DNA of 43,916 nucleotides from Saprolegnia diclina VS20 (Eukaryota): NCBI RefSeq assembly GCF_000281045.1, contig NW_008246133.1:140291-184206 (forward strand), given 5' to 3'. The notes under the pieces were generated by a model. The model had not been told where the DNA came from. It was given only the letters and a program-made list of their open reading frames with translations, and did no database searches. Both the position numbers and the translations under genes were made by a program. Shown here piece by piece: positions 23,125 through 34,794 of this stretch. The stretch's first letter is position 1, and every line of letters begins with the position of its first letter.

Positions 23125-24155
23125 TTACAAAGCCAGCATGACGACCGACGCCACGGCCATCGAGACGAGGCTCGTGAGTGCGGCTCCCATTGCGGCCGAC
23201 TTGGGCGTCGCGCCCGGCACCGTCGTCGTCGTCGGCTTGATGGTGGCGGTCGCATTGTCCGTCTTGTTGGCCGACGAGGCTTTGGGTGCGGGCGTCACGG
23301 TCGCTAGCTGCGACGGCGCCTTGGTCACGACCGTCGACGTGCCCGTGACCGTGAGGTTGGCGTAGCACGGCTTCATGGTGCCGTTGGCGTAGAAGAGGCC
23401 AAAGTGCTGCTCGACGTTGTCCGTGTCCGTCTCGTTCGAGTTGAACGCCATGTCAAACGACGTAAAGTAGTAGTAGTTCCAGTCCATTTGCTTGGCCAAA
23501 AGCGAAAAGTCGTTCAAGTATTTCTAACCCTTCATCAGACCACCATCGAGAGATGAAGATGAGAGCGTACCGCCGCCTGCGCCGGCGTCGACGGACCCGC
23601 TTTCGCAGCAAAACCACCGGTGGCCCAGCCCGTTTCCGAAATGAGAATCTTCTTCTTGTACTTGATGGCGGACGCGATCACCGGCTCCATGCGCTTGTAA
23701 AACCACGCGGCCGACTCGTTGGCGTTCTTCTTCTCCCAGTACGGGTATTGATTCGCCGACACAATGTCCACCTACGCAAGCAACATGGGCTACGAGCGCA
23801 AGAAACGCCGAGGAAATGCGTCGTACCGCTTCGACCATCGACGGGTTGGCGGCCCACGTGTCCGCATAGTCGGCAATTGTCACCGGTACGGTGATCTTGG
23901 CCTTGGCGAGCTCGTCCTTGACCTCCTGCATGTTGGCAATCGCCTACATCCGAGGTGAGTCAAATGGCAACAGATGCACAATCCTACAGTTTCCGGAGTC
24001 ACGTCGTTGCGGAACACAGCGGCCGACCCGACGTGGATGCCAACGACGGTGCTGTCAATTAAACGACCCTCGATGAGCTCAGTGAGCTTGACTTTCTCCG
24101 CATCAAAGATCGACGGGACGTTGCCGACCCAGAGCCCAAGCCAGACCGTGAGGCC
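23125..24155 (-). CDS. Glycoside hydrolase family 17 protein, paralog A, GPI-anchor-like C-terminus; 5' end in gap 24156-24808; acid/base Glu replaced by Ala
   Basis: Motifs VWLGLWV, VGIHVGSAAVFR, VPVTIAD, ILISETGWATGG and VEQHFGLFY, then a Thr-rich stalk and hydrophobic tail. Three short introns sit at the same positions as in paralog B. Confidence 0.88.
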
Positions 24156-25570
24156 NNNNNNNNNNNNNNNNNNNNNNNNNNNNNNNNNNNNNNNNNNNNN
24201 NNNNNNNNNNNNNNNNNNNNNNNNNNNNNNNNNNNNNNNNNNNNNNNNNNNNNNNNNNNNNNNNNNNNNNNNNNNNNNNNNNNNNNNNNNNNNNNNNNNN
24301 NNNNNNNNNNNNNNNNNNNNNNNNNNNNNNNNNNNNNNNNNNNNNNNNNNNNNNNNNNNNNNNNNNNNNNNNNNNNNNNNNNNNNNNNNNNNNNNNNNNN
24401 NNNNNNNNNNNNNNNNNNNNNNNNNNNNNNNNNNNNNNNNNNNNNNNNNNNNNNNNNNNNNNNNNNNNNNNNNNNNNNNNNNNNNNNNNNNNNNNNNNNN
24501 NNNNNNNNNNNNNNNNNNNNNNNNNNNNNNNNNNNNNNNNNNNNNNNNNNNNNNNNNNNNNNNNNNNNNNNNNNNNNNNNNNNNNNNNNNNNNNNNNNNN
24601 NNNNNNNNNNNNNNNNNNNNNNNNNNNNNNNNNNNNNNNNNNNNNNNNNNNNNNNNNNNNNNNNNNNNNNNNNNNNNNNNNNNNNNNNNNNNNNNNNNNN
24701 NNNNNNNNNNNNNNNNNNNNNNNNNNNNNNNNNNNNNNNNNNNNNNNNNNNNNNNNNNNNNNNNNNNNNNNNNNNNNNNNNNNNNNNNNNNNNNNNNNNN
24801 NNNNNNNNCCAGCGGCGACCAATCATGGGCCCTCAAAGTGCGCATAGAGGAATTGTTGGTTGGTGTGTACGGCCCGTCGCGTTGGTACTAGTAACGCACG
24901 GCAGTGGGCTACGACAGCACATCTGCATAATTTGGAGTAGTGTGTCAATGCTTGTCGCTGATGAGCTATCAAATCTGATGCTGATTGCTCAGGAAACATT
25001 TTGGTCTCGAGAGCGCATCGGCTCGCGCCGTTCTCGTGCAAAAATGCCACTACCCGAAAATGCAATTTTATTCAAATCGATTCATTGATAAATCACCCAG
25101 TCCCAGGGAGGCCGCAAATCAGCACGTTGAACCTCTCTCAACAGTAGCGACTTGGAGTGGGCCGTTGAAAATAATCCCAGCACTTGCCAACATTTTCTAC
25201 ATTTTGGCCATGCACCGCACCGGCAGGCGTGAGGCTTGTCGATCCCAAATCGAAACTTTTGCAACCTTCTCAAATCGTTGTGATAATTTCAGGGACGCTT
25301 TCTCTAACCCTAGAGTGGCTCCATGTCAACGCGCGTGGCTATCAAAGGTCTGCAAGTATTTGTTTTCAAAACTCGCGACCAATTGCTATTTTGTAATCTT
25401 GTTATTAACAACTTCAGTTCCTGGTGAAACCTACCGCCGGTGGTATGCTGCATTCCCCACTCCTTCAATCGACCTCCCAGTATTGCAACTTGCTCCACTG
25501 GTCTCTTAGTTTGACTCGGTGTTATACTCGACATCTTTATTTTCATCAGCAACATTCGCTGATGTGTAGT

Positions 25571-26914
25571 TTACATGGCCATCATGAAGACGGACGCGAC
25601 GGCGATCGTCACGAGGCTTGTAAGAGCGGCGCCCGTTGCCGCCGACTTGGTGTTGGCCTTGCCAGAGCCCGTCGAGTTGGAGCCCGCGCTCGGCGACGTG
25701 CTCGCACCCGGCGACGACGTCGCACCGGCCGGCTTGGTCGAGTTGTTTGACTTGGGACCCATGCCGTCGTTATTGTTCTTGGGGATCGTGTTGGGCACCG
25801 GCGTCATGGTGACGTTGGAGAGCTGCGACGGCGCCTTGGTTACGACCGTCGTCGCGCCCGAGACGGTGAGCTCGGCGTAGCACGGCTTCATGGTGGCGTT
25901 GGCGTAGTAGAGGCCAAAATGCTGCTCGACGTTGTCAACGATCGACGTGTTCGCGTTGAACGCAGGGTCAAACGACGTAAAGTAGTAGTAGTCCCAGTCC
26001 ATTTGCTTGGCCAGAACCGAAAAGTCGTTGAAGTATTTCTATCCCCATTACATGTCAGACCAGAATTTCGAGAGCGATCAAAGGTGCGTACCGCCGCCTG
26101 CGCCGGCGTCGCCGGGCCCGTGTTGACCGCCGACCCACCGGTGGCCCAGCCCGTTTCCGAGATAAGAATCTTCTTCTTGTACTTGGTCGCGGACGCAATC
26201 AGCGGCTCCATGCGCATGTAAAACCACGCGGCCGCGTCATTGGCGTTCTTGTTTTCCCAAAACGGAAATTGATTGGCCGACACAATGTCCACCTACAAGT
26301 TTCGGCTACGATCTCAAGACGCTTCGAGTGCTGTCGTACCGCCTCGACCATCGACGGGTTCGCAATCCACGTATCGCCAATGTCGGCAATCGTCACCGGC
26401 ACGTTGATCTTGGCCGTCGAGAGCACCGCCTTGACCTCCTTAAAGTTCGAGATCGCCTGCGCCAACCATGAGCTACACCGCCACGCACGGCACGTCGTAC
26501 CGTCTCGGGCGTCACGTCCTTGCGGTACACGGCCTCCGACCCGACGTGCACGCCAACAACGGTGCTGTCGACGAGACCGCTCGAGATGAGCGACGACAGC
26601 TTGGCCTTCTCGGCAGCAAAGATCGTCGGCTCAGGGCCAACCCAGAGGCCGAGCCAGACCGTGAGACCCGCCTTCTTGGCCGAGGCAATGACCAGCTCGG
26701 CCGTGTTGCAGTCAGTGAGCGAGTAGATGCGCACGCCCTTGGTAATCTTGGACAAGATCGCAAAATCCTTGTCGATTTGCGCCGACGACTTGCAGTTGGT
26801 GGCGTCGGGACCCCAGTTGGGCCCAATGCGCGGGTTGTAGTTGATACCGGGCACCGAGATGGCCGCGTTGGCGACGGCGAGCGAGGTCGCGAGTAGGACG
26901 GCTGCGGATTTCAT
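25571..26914 (-). CDS. Glycoside hydrolase family 17 beta-1,3-glucanase/glucanosyltransferase, paralog B, secreted and GPI-anchor-like; 4 exons
   Basis: Signal peptide MKSAAVLLATSLAVANA; motifs GINYNPR, VRIYSLTDC, HVGSEAVYR (acid/base), SETGW (nucleophile) and EQHFGLY; Ser/Thr stalk and hydrophobic C-terminus. Confidence 0.92.
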
Positions 26915-27660
26915 TGCCCGTTGTGGAATGGCGAGCAAGTTGCTCTTCAGCCAACGCGTGTGTCACACGTGTGTTCGATTCGCATTTGATTGGGTGACGG
27001 CAACGGCAATCTCGCGCGGATTGGCTGGAATTTGAAAGGCAGTTTCAGATGAGCGTCAGAGGCGCGTTTTCGACGGGAGATGCAGCGCGCGCAAGGTCGC
27101 GTCACGCGGTATGGGCGATGTAATGCTCTTGACCAACTATTACACGAGGAATTCACTTGCGGGGAGCCATACAAAGTCTGATACAAGTGGTGAGCATCGG
27201 ACAATGTACAGCAACGGCCCCACGACCGACACAACACCTGCTACTCACTCGCAGAGCCTATGCGCCCCATGTCCGCTGTAGAGTTGGCTCACGGCTCTAG
27301 CCCCAGAGCTCTGCAGCTGAGCTCTGCTACTACGCAGTTCGCAATGTACCGGTATGCCGGAGGAAGCCAACACGGCCATCAAACCACCATGACATCGACC
27401 AGTACTAGTACAGTGCACGTCGACTCTACTCTTGTCGTTGATGGCGTGTTAACGTTGCCAACGCCAAGCTCCCGCTGATAATAGTATATGAGCTCAAGAG
27501 TGTGCGCTGAAGTTAGGCGACGAGTCCAGCAAGACTACACCGAGGATAGGGGTGGGGCCCGCCCGATGTCCACCTAACCCTAGTGCGATGTTTGCGGCGC
27601 CGCCCATTCGAGTCAAGGCCGCACAAGGATACAAATACCGCAACGAGCTCATTATATATA

Positions 27661-29370
27661 CTACCCGCGGGGCTCAAAATACCGGTCTGGCGGTCGGTCC
27701 AACCGAACCTTGACATCGAGGTGCTTGATTTGATCGGCCTTGAGACGCTGCTTGCGCTCGTACTCGGCGACATCCAATTTGCCTTTGGTATACGCGCCAG
27801 CCTCCATGCTATTCACACAAGTTGATGAGACACTGCCGATGCACATGGGCCAAGGATACCCGAGCGGGAGGGTGTCGACCGTATTCAACGACGTCTCGTA
27901 CTGTGCGTCCTCGCCAAATGGGTAGTAGTCGTACTCGTTGCGGCGTACTTGGTGCGCAAATTCCGACGTCTTGGGGAGGTAAATCATGTCGTGGGCCCGG
28001 CTCTCTTCCATGAGCGGCGGCTCACTGCTCTCCGAGCTCTTGGTTTTTTCCACTGGTGGCGGCGCTTGCAGTTGCTGGATGAGCGTGGCCTTGACGCGGT
28101 ACGAGCCCGCCTCGGCGCCCAGCGGCAGCGTGTCGTCCGCGTTGTCGACACACGTCAAGTACGCGTCCTCTTCTTCCGGGTAGGGCACATGGAAGCGCGA
28201 TGGCGCGGGACTCGGACCCAAGGCCGCGGGCTGATATGCCGGGGCAACCGGCAGCGGCAAGAACCCTCCTTCGGGCCCACTCGGCCGACGCTTCGCCTCC
28301 GGTGCGCGGTGCACATCGACGGCACGCGGAGGTTCTTGTGGTGCGGGGCGTTGGTAGATCGACTCGGGGGCGCGGTGCAGTGGCTCGGGGGCGCGGTGCA
28401 GTGGTTCGGGGGCGCGCCGGGGTGGGTCCTGTGGCATCGTCGGGACGCGCGACGCACCGAGCTGGTTGATAAGTGCCGCTTTCTTGGCGGCGCGCATTTC
28501 TGGCGTTTGGTGCGGCTTGGAACGCGGTGCTCTCGGTGCTTCTCGCGGCAGCTCGATCGGCGCGTTGAACTTAGAGGGCATCTTTGCCATTGGTTGCTCC
28601 CGGGGTAGCTCGATCGGTGCGTCAAAGACTGAGTGCAATTTTGGTGGCGACGCGTGCGACGACGACGACGTCGACCGCAACGGCGGCGTGACATGCTGCG
28701 AGGCGTGGGACGTCCGGGACGCGCGGGTCGGCCGCGGCTCGGGCGTGGCGGCAACGGGCAGCGGCTTGACAACGACGGGTGGAGGCCGCGGCGCGATCGG
28801 TGGTGCCGCTTCAGCTGGCGCTGGAGCCGTTGTCGTCGGCGATAAGCTCAGGCCGTAGTTGATATCGTCCGGTGCGACTGGGTCCACGTTGAAGCGAAAG
28901 CTCACGGGCGCTGCCTGCGGCCTTGCAGCTTGTGGCAACGCCGGTTTGCCAGCAGGTGGCGGCTGGTACGACGGCGCAGGCCTGGCGGCTGCAGGCGCGT
29001 GTCTGGTGACCGGCGACGTTGGCATCGGCGGCTGCTTGTACACCGAGTGCATCGGGTCCTGCGCAAGCGACTCGGACGGCGACGTGGCTTCCGTCTCCCG
29101 CTGCAAATGGTGGAAGCGCGATGCATGTATGTCTTTGCGCGGGCGCGGCGCCTCCATGGCGTCAACGGGGTCGACAAAGTCTTCAAACTGCGGCGCCTTG
29201 GCCTGGCGCTTGCAGCACTTGCGCAGCACAAAGATGAGCGCGACGGCCACGACGAGGCCGACGCCGACACCAATAAGAACTACCGTGACGAGGTGGCTGT
29301 CGCCGTCGTCCGCGCGGACGCTGGGCGCCGCTGCTGCGAGAAGAAGCGGCAGAAGCGCGCGTCGTCGCAT
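27661..29370 (-). CDS. Pro-rich single-pass membrane protein of unknown function, 569 aa, intronless
   Basis: Long ORF with a signal-peptide-like start, a very short ectodomain, a TM (LVTVVLIGVGVGLVVAVALIFVL) followed by RKCCKR, and a low-complexity Pro/Ala tail. Confidence 0.8.
   Translation of the reverse strand: MRRRALLPLLLAAAAPSVRADDGDSHLVTVVLIGVGVGLVVAVALIFVLRKCCKRQAKAPQFEDFVDPVDAMEAPRPRKDIHASRFHHLQRETEATSPSESLAQDPMHSVYKQPPMPTSPVTRHAPAAARPAPSYQPPPAGKPALPQAARPQAAPVSFRFNVDPVAPDDINYGLSLSPTTTAPAPAEAAPPIAPRPPPVVVKPLPVAATPEPRPTRASRTSHASQHVTPPLRSTSSSSHASPPKLHSVFDAPIELPREQPMAKMPSKFNAPIELPREAPRAPRSKPHQTPEMRAAKKAALINQLGASRVPTMPQDPPRRAPEPLHRAPEPLHRAPESIYQRPAPQEPPRAVDVHRAPEAKRRPSGPEGGFLPLPVAPAYQPAALGPSPAPSRFHVPYPEEEDAYLTCVDNADDTLPLGAEAGSYRVKATLIQQLQAPPPVEKTKSSESSEPPLMEESRAHDMIYLPKTSEFAHQVRRNEYDYYPFGEDAQYETSLNTVDTLPLGYPWPMCIGSVSSTCVNSMEAGAYTKGKLDVAEYERKQRLKADQIKHLDVKVRLDRPPDRYFEPRG
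28362..28420 (-). repeat. 21-bp coding tandem repeat (RAPEPLH) x about 2.5
   Basis: The unit (t/c)tcgggggcgcggtgcagtgg repeats on the + strand and encodes RRAPEPLHRAPEPLHRAPES. Confidence 0.8.
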
Positions 29371-29937
29371 ATCGGATGAGGGAGTGGGCGCATCAGTATG
29401 ACCCGCTAGAGACGGTTCGTTTCGACGCCAAATTGGCCCTGCTAGCCAAATGCACCAATCAGAACCAAGTGCAAACTGGAAATATTACATACAAACACCA
29501 AGTGGCATCTGACTAGTATGGACGGTAACCATGGACAGGCGGCAACCCAGATCCGTCGCTACGGCGCGCGAAACAACACGCAGTCGACCGCGATCGCTTG
29601 GTCGCGTCGCTTTGGTAGGGACTTCGAACCCGTGCTCGCTCGCGCCAACGTGCGACGAGGAGGCGTCGACGGCGAGTTCTTTATGGGTGTGCGTCGAGCG
29701 AGACATGTGTCGATCTTGCGGTTCGCCAAACACAAATGGCGCGTCGCGGGCAAAGACGACGTGGGCATCCAGGAGAGGAAGACGCCCAATCAATCCCGTC
29801 ATCCTGGCATTGCCGACCAATCCCGCAGGCGACAAGCAGCCCTAGCCGGCGCGAGAGAGGGCAAGGCGAGTCGAGTAAAGAGATTTGTCGCTATTGACGT
29901 AATGTACGAGTGTTAGAAAGACGAGGGTACTACAAAC

Positions 29938-30579
29938 TCAAAAGGCAATGTCGGCTGCGGTCTTGAGAAAGGCCACTTCATCAAAGCTTGCTTTTAGCTT
30001 TCGGAGCCGATCGCTGCACTCGAGGATCGTGGGCTGGGCACGCGCGAACGCCATCGTCTTGAGGACGACCGAAGGCGCAGCGGGGCCAACGGCGCGGGCG
30101 GCGGCGCGCAGGGCCTCGGTGCCAAAGACAGCGACCGAAATGTCCCACGACTTGCAGTCGTCGGCGTGCTTTTGGTAGAGCCCTTAAAGCACCTTGACGT
30201 ACCATGCGTCATTGGGCGGCGTGTCGGCGTACACGACGAGGACGCCGGGGTGGTGGAAGAGGAGCTCCTTTGCGCGGCGAAAGTACGCCGCGCAGAGCTC
30301 GAGTATCGCTTGCTCTTGGTCGTCACACACAATGTAGACGGCGCCGAGCGAGAGCGCGTGGGCAATGACCTCTGCAATTTGCAAGTCGAGCTGGTCCAAG
30401 AGCGCAAACATCACTTGGCTCTCGGGCGTGTGCGCGCTCGACGCAAAGTTGCTGCGGCGCAGCCACGACGTCGGACACAGCAAGTTGTTCCAGCCAAAGA
30501 CAAACGCCGTCTCGATCGGCATGACGCTGCCCGTGTCCATGTCGACCGACACGGACACTTCACGCACCAAGCTCGTCAT
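29938..30579 (-). pseudogene. HAD-fold-like paralog 1 with a single in-frame TAA at 30184-30186 (pseudogene, null allele or base error)
   Basis: Reads ETAFVFGWNNLLCPTSWL...WYVKVL*GLYQ...VAVFGTEALRAA...LKT...ADIAF*. Homology to the three + strand paralogs continues in the same frame for 81 codons past the stop. Confidence 0.75.
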
Positions 30580-31004
30580 CGTCGTGCCGGGTTGTAAACT
30601 GAAGGCGGCAGAAAAGTCAAGCCGTGCGACGATGCCATTGGCTGTTTCAATAGCTTTTCTCGACGTGGATTGGCTCGTTTTTGAATTGGCTATTCGCACG
30701 CAACATCTCGTGCCTGTCATCAACATGACGTGGCGGCATAAGACGCGTTGGCGTATATCCTCGGCCACGATGCGCACGGAGGAGCCTGGACAATGACAAA
30801 GTCGCAAAAGATGGTCGAGATGGTCGACAGCAGGGTCGGCACATTGCAGTATCCTCGAGACAAAGGTCGAATGTACGAGGAACCACGTGGACTCGACACC
30901 AGCTGGCCTCGACATTTCCACGAAATTACCGCGCGCCCACATCGCGCCGATCTTGCCATTTTCGAAACCAGCGCGCAACACTAACGACGCCAACACCGCC
31001 CTTC

Positions 31005-31618
31005 ATGGCGCACCACGACCCAAAGGCTGCCGCGGCGCGCCGCGCTTTGTGCCAGTTCAAGGGCTGCACGAAATTTGCCCAGACCCGCGGTCGATGCAAA
31101 GGTATCGCTTTGGATGCAAGCGGTGCAGATAGTCCAGTCTGTCTGTAGCCCATGGTGGCGGCACGCGCTGCAAGGTCGAGACGTGCATCAAGCTCGCGCA
31201 GAGCCGTGGGCACTGCATCGCGCACGGCGGCGGGCGCAAGTGCCACATCGAGTCGTGCGACAAGCTCGCGCAGAGCAAGGGCTACTGCATTGCCCACGGG
31301 GGCGGTCGCAAGTGCGGTACGCCTGTACAAATGAATGCTAAGACTAAGAACGTTCCACTAGCGATGGAGGGCTGCGAAAAGTTTTCGCAGATCAAGGGCA
31401 AGTGCAAAGCCCATGCAAAGACGTCCCAGTCGCCACCGGCGACGCCACGGTCCCCACCTGTGCTCCACCCCCTCCCGCCGCTCATTCACGCCAAAGTCTC
31501 GGCGCTGCAGATGCCGTCCAGCATCAGTCTCAGCCCATTGCGGGCCTGCATTCGCCGACCGGAAGCCACCGCTTGCTCGTTCGCAGCGCTCTTTGAGCCG
31601 TCGCCACCAACCGCGTGA
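31005..31618 (+). CDS. WRKY19-like Cys/His zinc-finger repeat protein (CxxxxC..C.AHGGG repeats); 3 exons
   Basis: Spliced product: CQFKGCTKFAQTRGRCKAHGGGTRCKVETCIKLAQSRGHCIAHGGGRKCHIESCDKLAQSKGYCIAHGGGRKCAMEGCEKFSQIKGKCKAH. Introns at about 31102-31148 and 31317-31361. Confidence 0.88.
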
Positions 31619-32049
31619 CCGACCAAAATGTGATGCATATCGCCTTTTTGATGGATCCGAGAAAAACTACACTAATTTATTTCATAAATCTTCCAAATAC
31701 TTACGAAAATTGAAAGTTAGGGAGGCGTGAGCTATATGCCGTTATCGACCCCGTCGCCGGAGCGCAAAGACAACCCGCAGCTAACTCGGTTACGCTACAT
31801 TGTGTTGGACTGCAAAGCGTAGAGCTACTGCCCTATGTGTAGTTCGGCTGGATGTCATACCGACAGATGAAGTCTGCAATATGTCTCTCGGTGCACCTCT
31901 TCAACCCTCTCGACAGCTACGGGACAAATGCACCTCCGTATCCTCGTTTTCACGGCCAGAGAATAGACATTCGATGGTCTCGTTTGGTAGGGAATAGGGT
32001 TGCATGGTACATGAAGGAGTATATAACGAGGGAGATCGGTCGAGGCGGC

Positions 32050-33496
32050 TCACGTGCACAGCGAAGTACAGAGCGCGGCCGTAAACTCGCTGTTGGTCGG
32101 CGCCGTCACGTTCCGGCCGCTCGGACACGTCACCCGCAGCGTGCCATTGTTGAACTTTTCGCCCAAGCACTGGCCGCTCGTCGTCGCATCGCAGTCCCAC
32201 CTGCGTCGCATCTTATGAGCGCTGCTTCCTGTGTCAAATGACTACGTACCAAGGCGCTGGGACGCAGTCGAGGTACTTGCACCACGGACACGCCGCCATC
32301 GCGTTTGTCTACAGCAGCAATATAGAAGTCTGTTGCCAAGGGCGCGACGTACGTTGCTGGCGAAGAGAGCAATGAAGAGGATGGCAAAGAATGCAGTGAA
32401 GAGCATGCCGCCCCACCCGAGCAGCCGCTGTTTTCTCGTGCGGGTGCCCATGATGCGGTCTTGGCGGCTCAGCGGCAGGCTCAGCATCGCAAACCCGAGG
32501 CTGAGACCGCTCTAGAATATCAAGTTGATACTGCAAACCCATCAAATCCCTCAAAAACGTACGATAAAGCCCGAGAGATGCGCAAAGTTGTTGACAAACG
32601 GCAGCAGCCCAATGCCGAGGTTCACGAGCGCAACGACCACCAAGTTGGTCTATCGTCGGTGGTGAGATATGACAATTTGGACATGGCACTAGACCATGTG
32701 GCACACGCGGTTCGTGTACAGCTTCCAGTTGAGCATAAACTCGGCAAAGGTCGCGCCAAAGAGGCCAAAGATCGCGCCGGACGCGCCGACGCCAACGACA
32801 TCCGGGACGAAAAACTAGTGCAAAATGAGATCCGGAATGGCGACGTGCGAAGTCGACGTACGCCCGAGACAATGGCGCCGATGATACCGGTCGCAAAGTA
32901 GATGGTCGCGATGCGTCGGCGATCAAAGGTCGACTCGAGCTCCATGCCCAGCTGGTAGAGCGCCGCCATGTTGAAGAGAAGATGGACGACGCCCGCATGG
33001 AGGAACATGGCGGTGAAGAGGCGCCACCACGCGCCGTCCTTGATGAGATCCGTACGCTGGGCGCCCTGCACAACATGGCATGAGCCATGCTATTGTCGAT
33101 GCAGCGAGGAGCATACCATGGACAAAAGCACTTGGGCGCTCGGGCCAATGAGCGGGTTGACCTTGAGGCTCTCGACGGTCCAGCCATTTTCCGCACTACG
33201 TGACCATAAGCGCAGTGATAGCGCGATGGAAGAGCGCACATTTCAACGATGAAGATGAGCGTATTGATGCCAATCATCGACCAGACAAACTTGAATTGGG
33301 GCAGGAGCTTGGGCTTGCCGGCGGGTGTTGTCGACGGCGTGGGCACGACGCCGTTGGTGGCATTCGCATTGGCCGGCGGGCCCGCATTGTACAGCGCGTC
33401 GTTCTGGATCAAGATGCGCTCCTCGCGCTCGTCCTGGTCGTTGCGCGGCGACCGGCCCGGGCTCGGGCGCGTCGGCTGCATCGGCGATGGGGCCAT
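32050..33496 (-). CDS. Rhomboid intramembrane serine protease; 8 exons
   Basis: The spliced product has WWRLFTAMFLHAGVVHLLFNM, the catalytic VGASGAIFG and NNFAHLSG motifs, and a Cys-rich C-terminal segment (CPWCKYLDCVP..WDC). Confidence 0.9.
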
Positions 33497-34794
33497 CGTG
33501 GTTCTGTCAAGCGGCCGCCAAATATTCCGAGATCCAGCGACGTCATAATATTTTGCACCGTGCAAGTGCATACAAATATCGAGTATTTAAAAAAAATGGA
33601 ATATATATACCACCTGCGACACGTTGGCCCGCTCTATTTGTGGCCACCTCGCCGGCGGACGCGGCCGAAGCGACGCTCGTCGAGGCCCGATGGCCGGCCG
33701 TGGGCCACCCCAGGACGGCGCTATCATGGGCGCGGCCTCGGTACGGACCACCCACGTGGGCGAGGACGCCATGCGCTCGCTCCTTTGGCGGCGGTTGACG
33801 GCGAGGCCCATTTGCCCATGCGATCAAAGCATGAATGCCATGGCGCGCGCCAAGCGCCGCACGTGGAGCTGCAGTCATAGCCAGGGCCTACGTTGACGAC
33901 TAAATGTGCACGTATGCATGCGACGAGATATACACTCTGCATGGGTGCTGCGCGCCCTGCGGACTCAGGCGGCGGCTCGCAGCGGTCGTCATCTAGTTCG
34001 GACAGACCCGCTGCATGGGAGGATAGTATGATGAGATGCACGGCAGACAAGGACTGCAGGTCTATGCGGCGGTGTCAACACCTCTGCACGGTGCGTATGA
34101 CTGCATATTGGATGGCCGGCGACGGTGGTGGCCACCTCTGTCCATCTCGGTTGATGATGCTGGCGTCGTTGGAAAGGCCAAGCGTGCATTCGTTGATGAT
34201 GGCAGTACGAAGCTACCGCCAGCATGAGATTCACCCCAAAACAGAGAAGGAAGCTTGGGAGCTCGTCGTCTCAGGTGGCGACGCCGTCGGCGTGTGGTCG
34301 GTGGCAGAGGACACGGCAGGCTTCCCCCACAGCACGTGGGCACTCAATGCCTATCAACTCCAGGTCCTCGAGATGTGTATCCTGTCTCGACGTGGCGGGT
34401 GGGACACCCTCTTCTGCCAGCTGCGAGGAATTCTGGAGCCCAGTCCTCGGCCTGTCAGTGCTTATCCTGTATCTGATCCATGCAGAGGATCTGCGATCAT
34501 CCTGGCGCACCTCGCACCAGCCATTGGTCCTCTTCGCCTCTGCCATACCATCGTCCCATGCACGCTGTCGAGGACATCGCCGAGCTGCCGACGCGCGCTG
34601 GCGGCGTCGACGTCGACAAGCAAAGCGCGTTGCGTCGCAGGCCCAGCTGCATTCCACCATTGAGCTTTCTATCGCACCGCACCTGCGATCCTGCAGTTCG
34701 TATGGACACGAGTGGCACGCAGAGTGGGACTTCCATCTCGCCCACTCGAGCTTCGATTACTTTTCCTTTTCCTGCGCATGCAGCAAGCACCACC

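Noticed and set aside
29485..29916. Coding-looking GC-rich stretch with ORFs on both strands
   Set aside because: No recognisable domain and no supported start; a gene relic cannot be excluded.
33600..34700. GC-rich region with overlapping ORFs between the rhomboid gene and HAD-like paralog 2
   Set aside because: No coherent reading frame or RNA structure that I can support; it may be a degraded gene or transposon relic.
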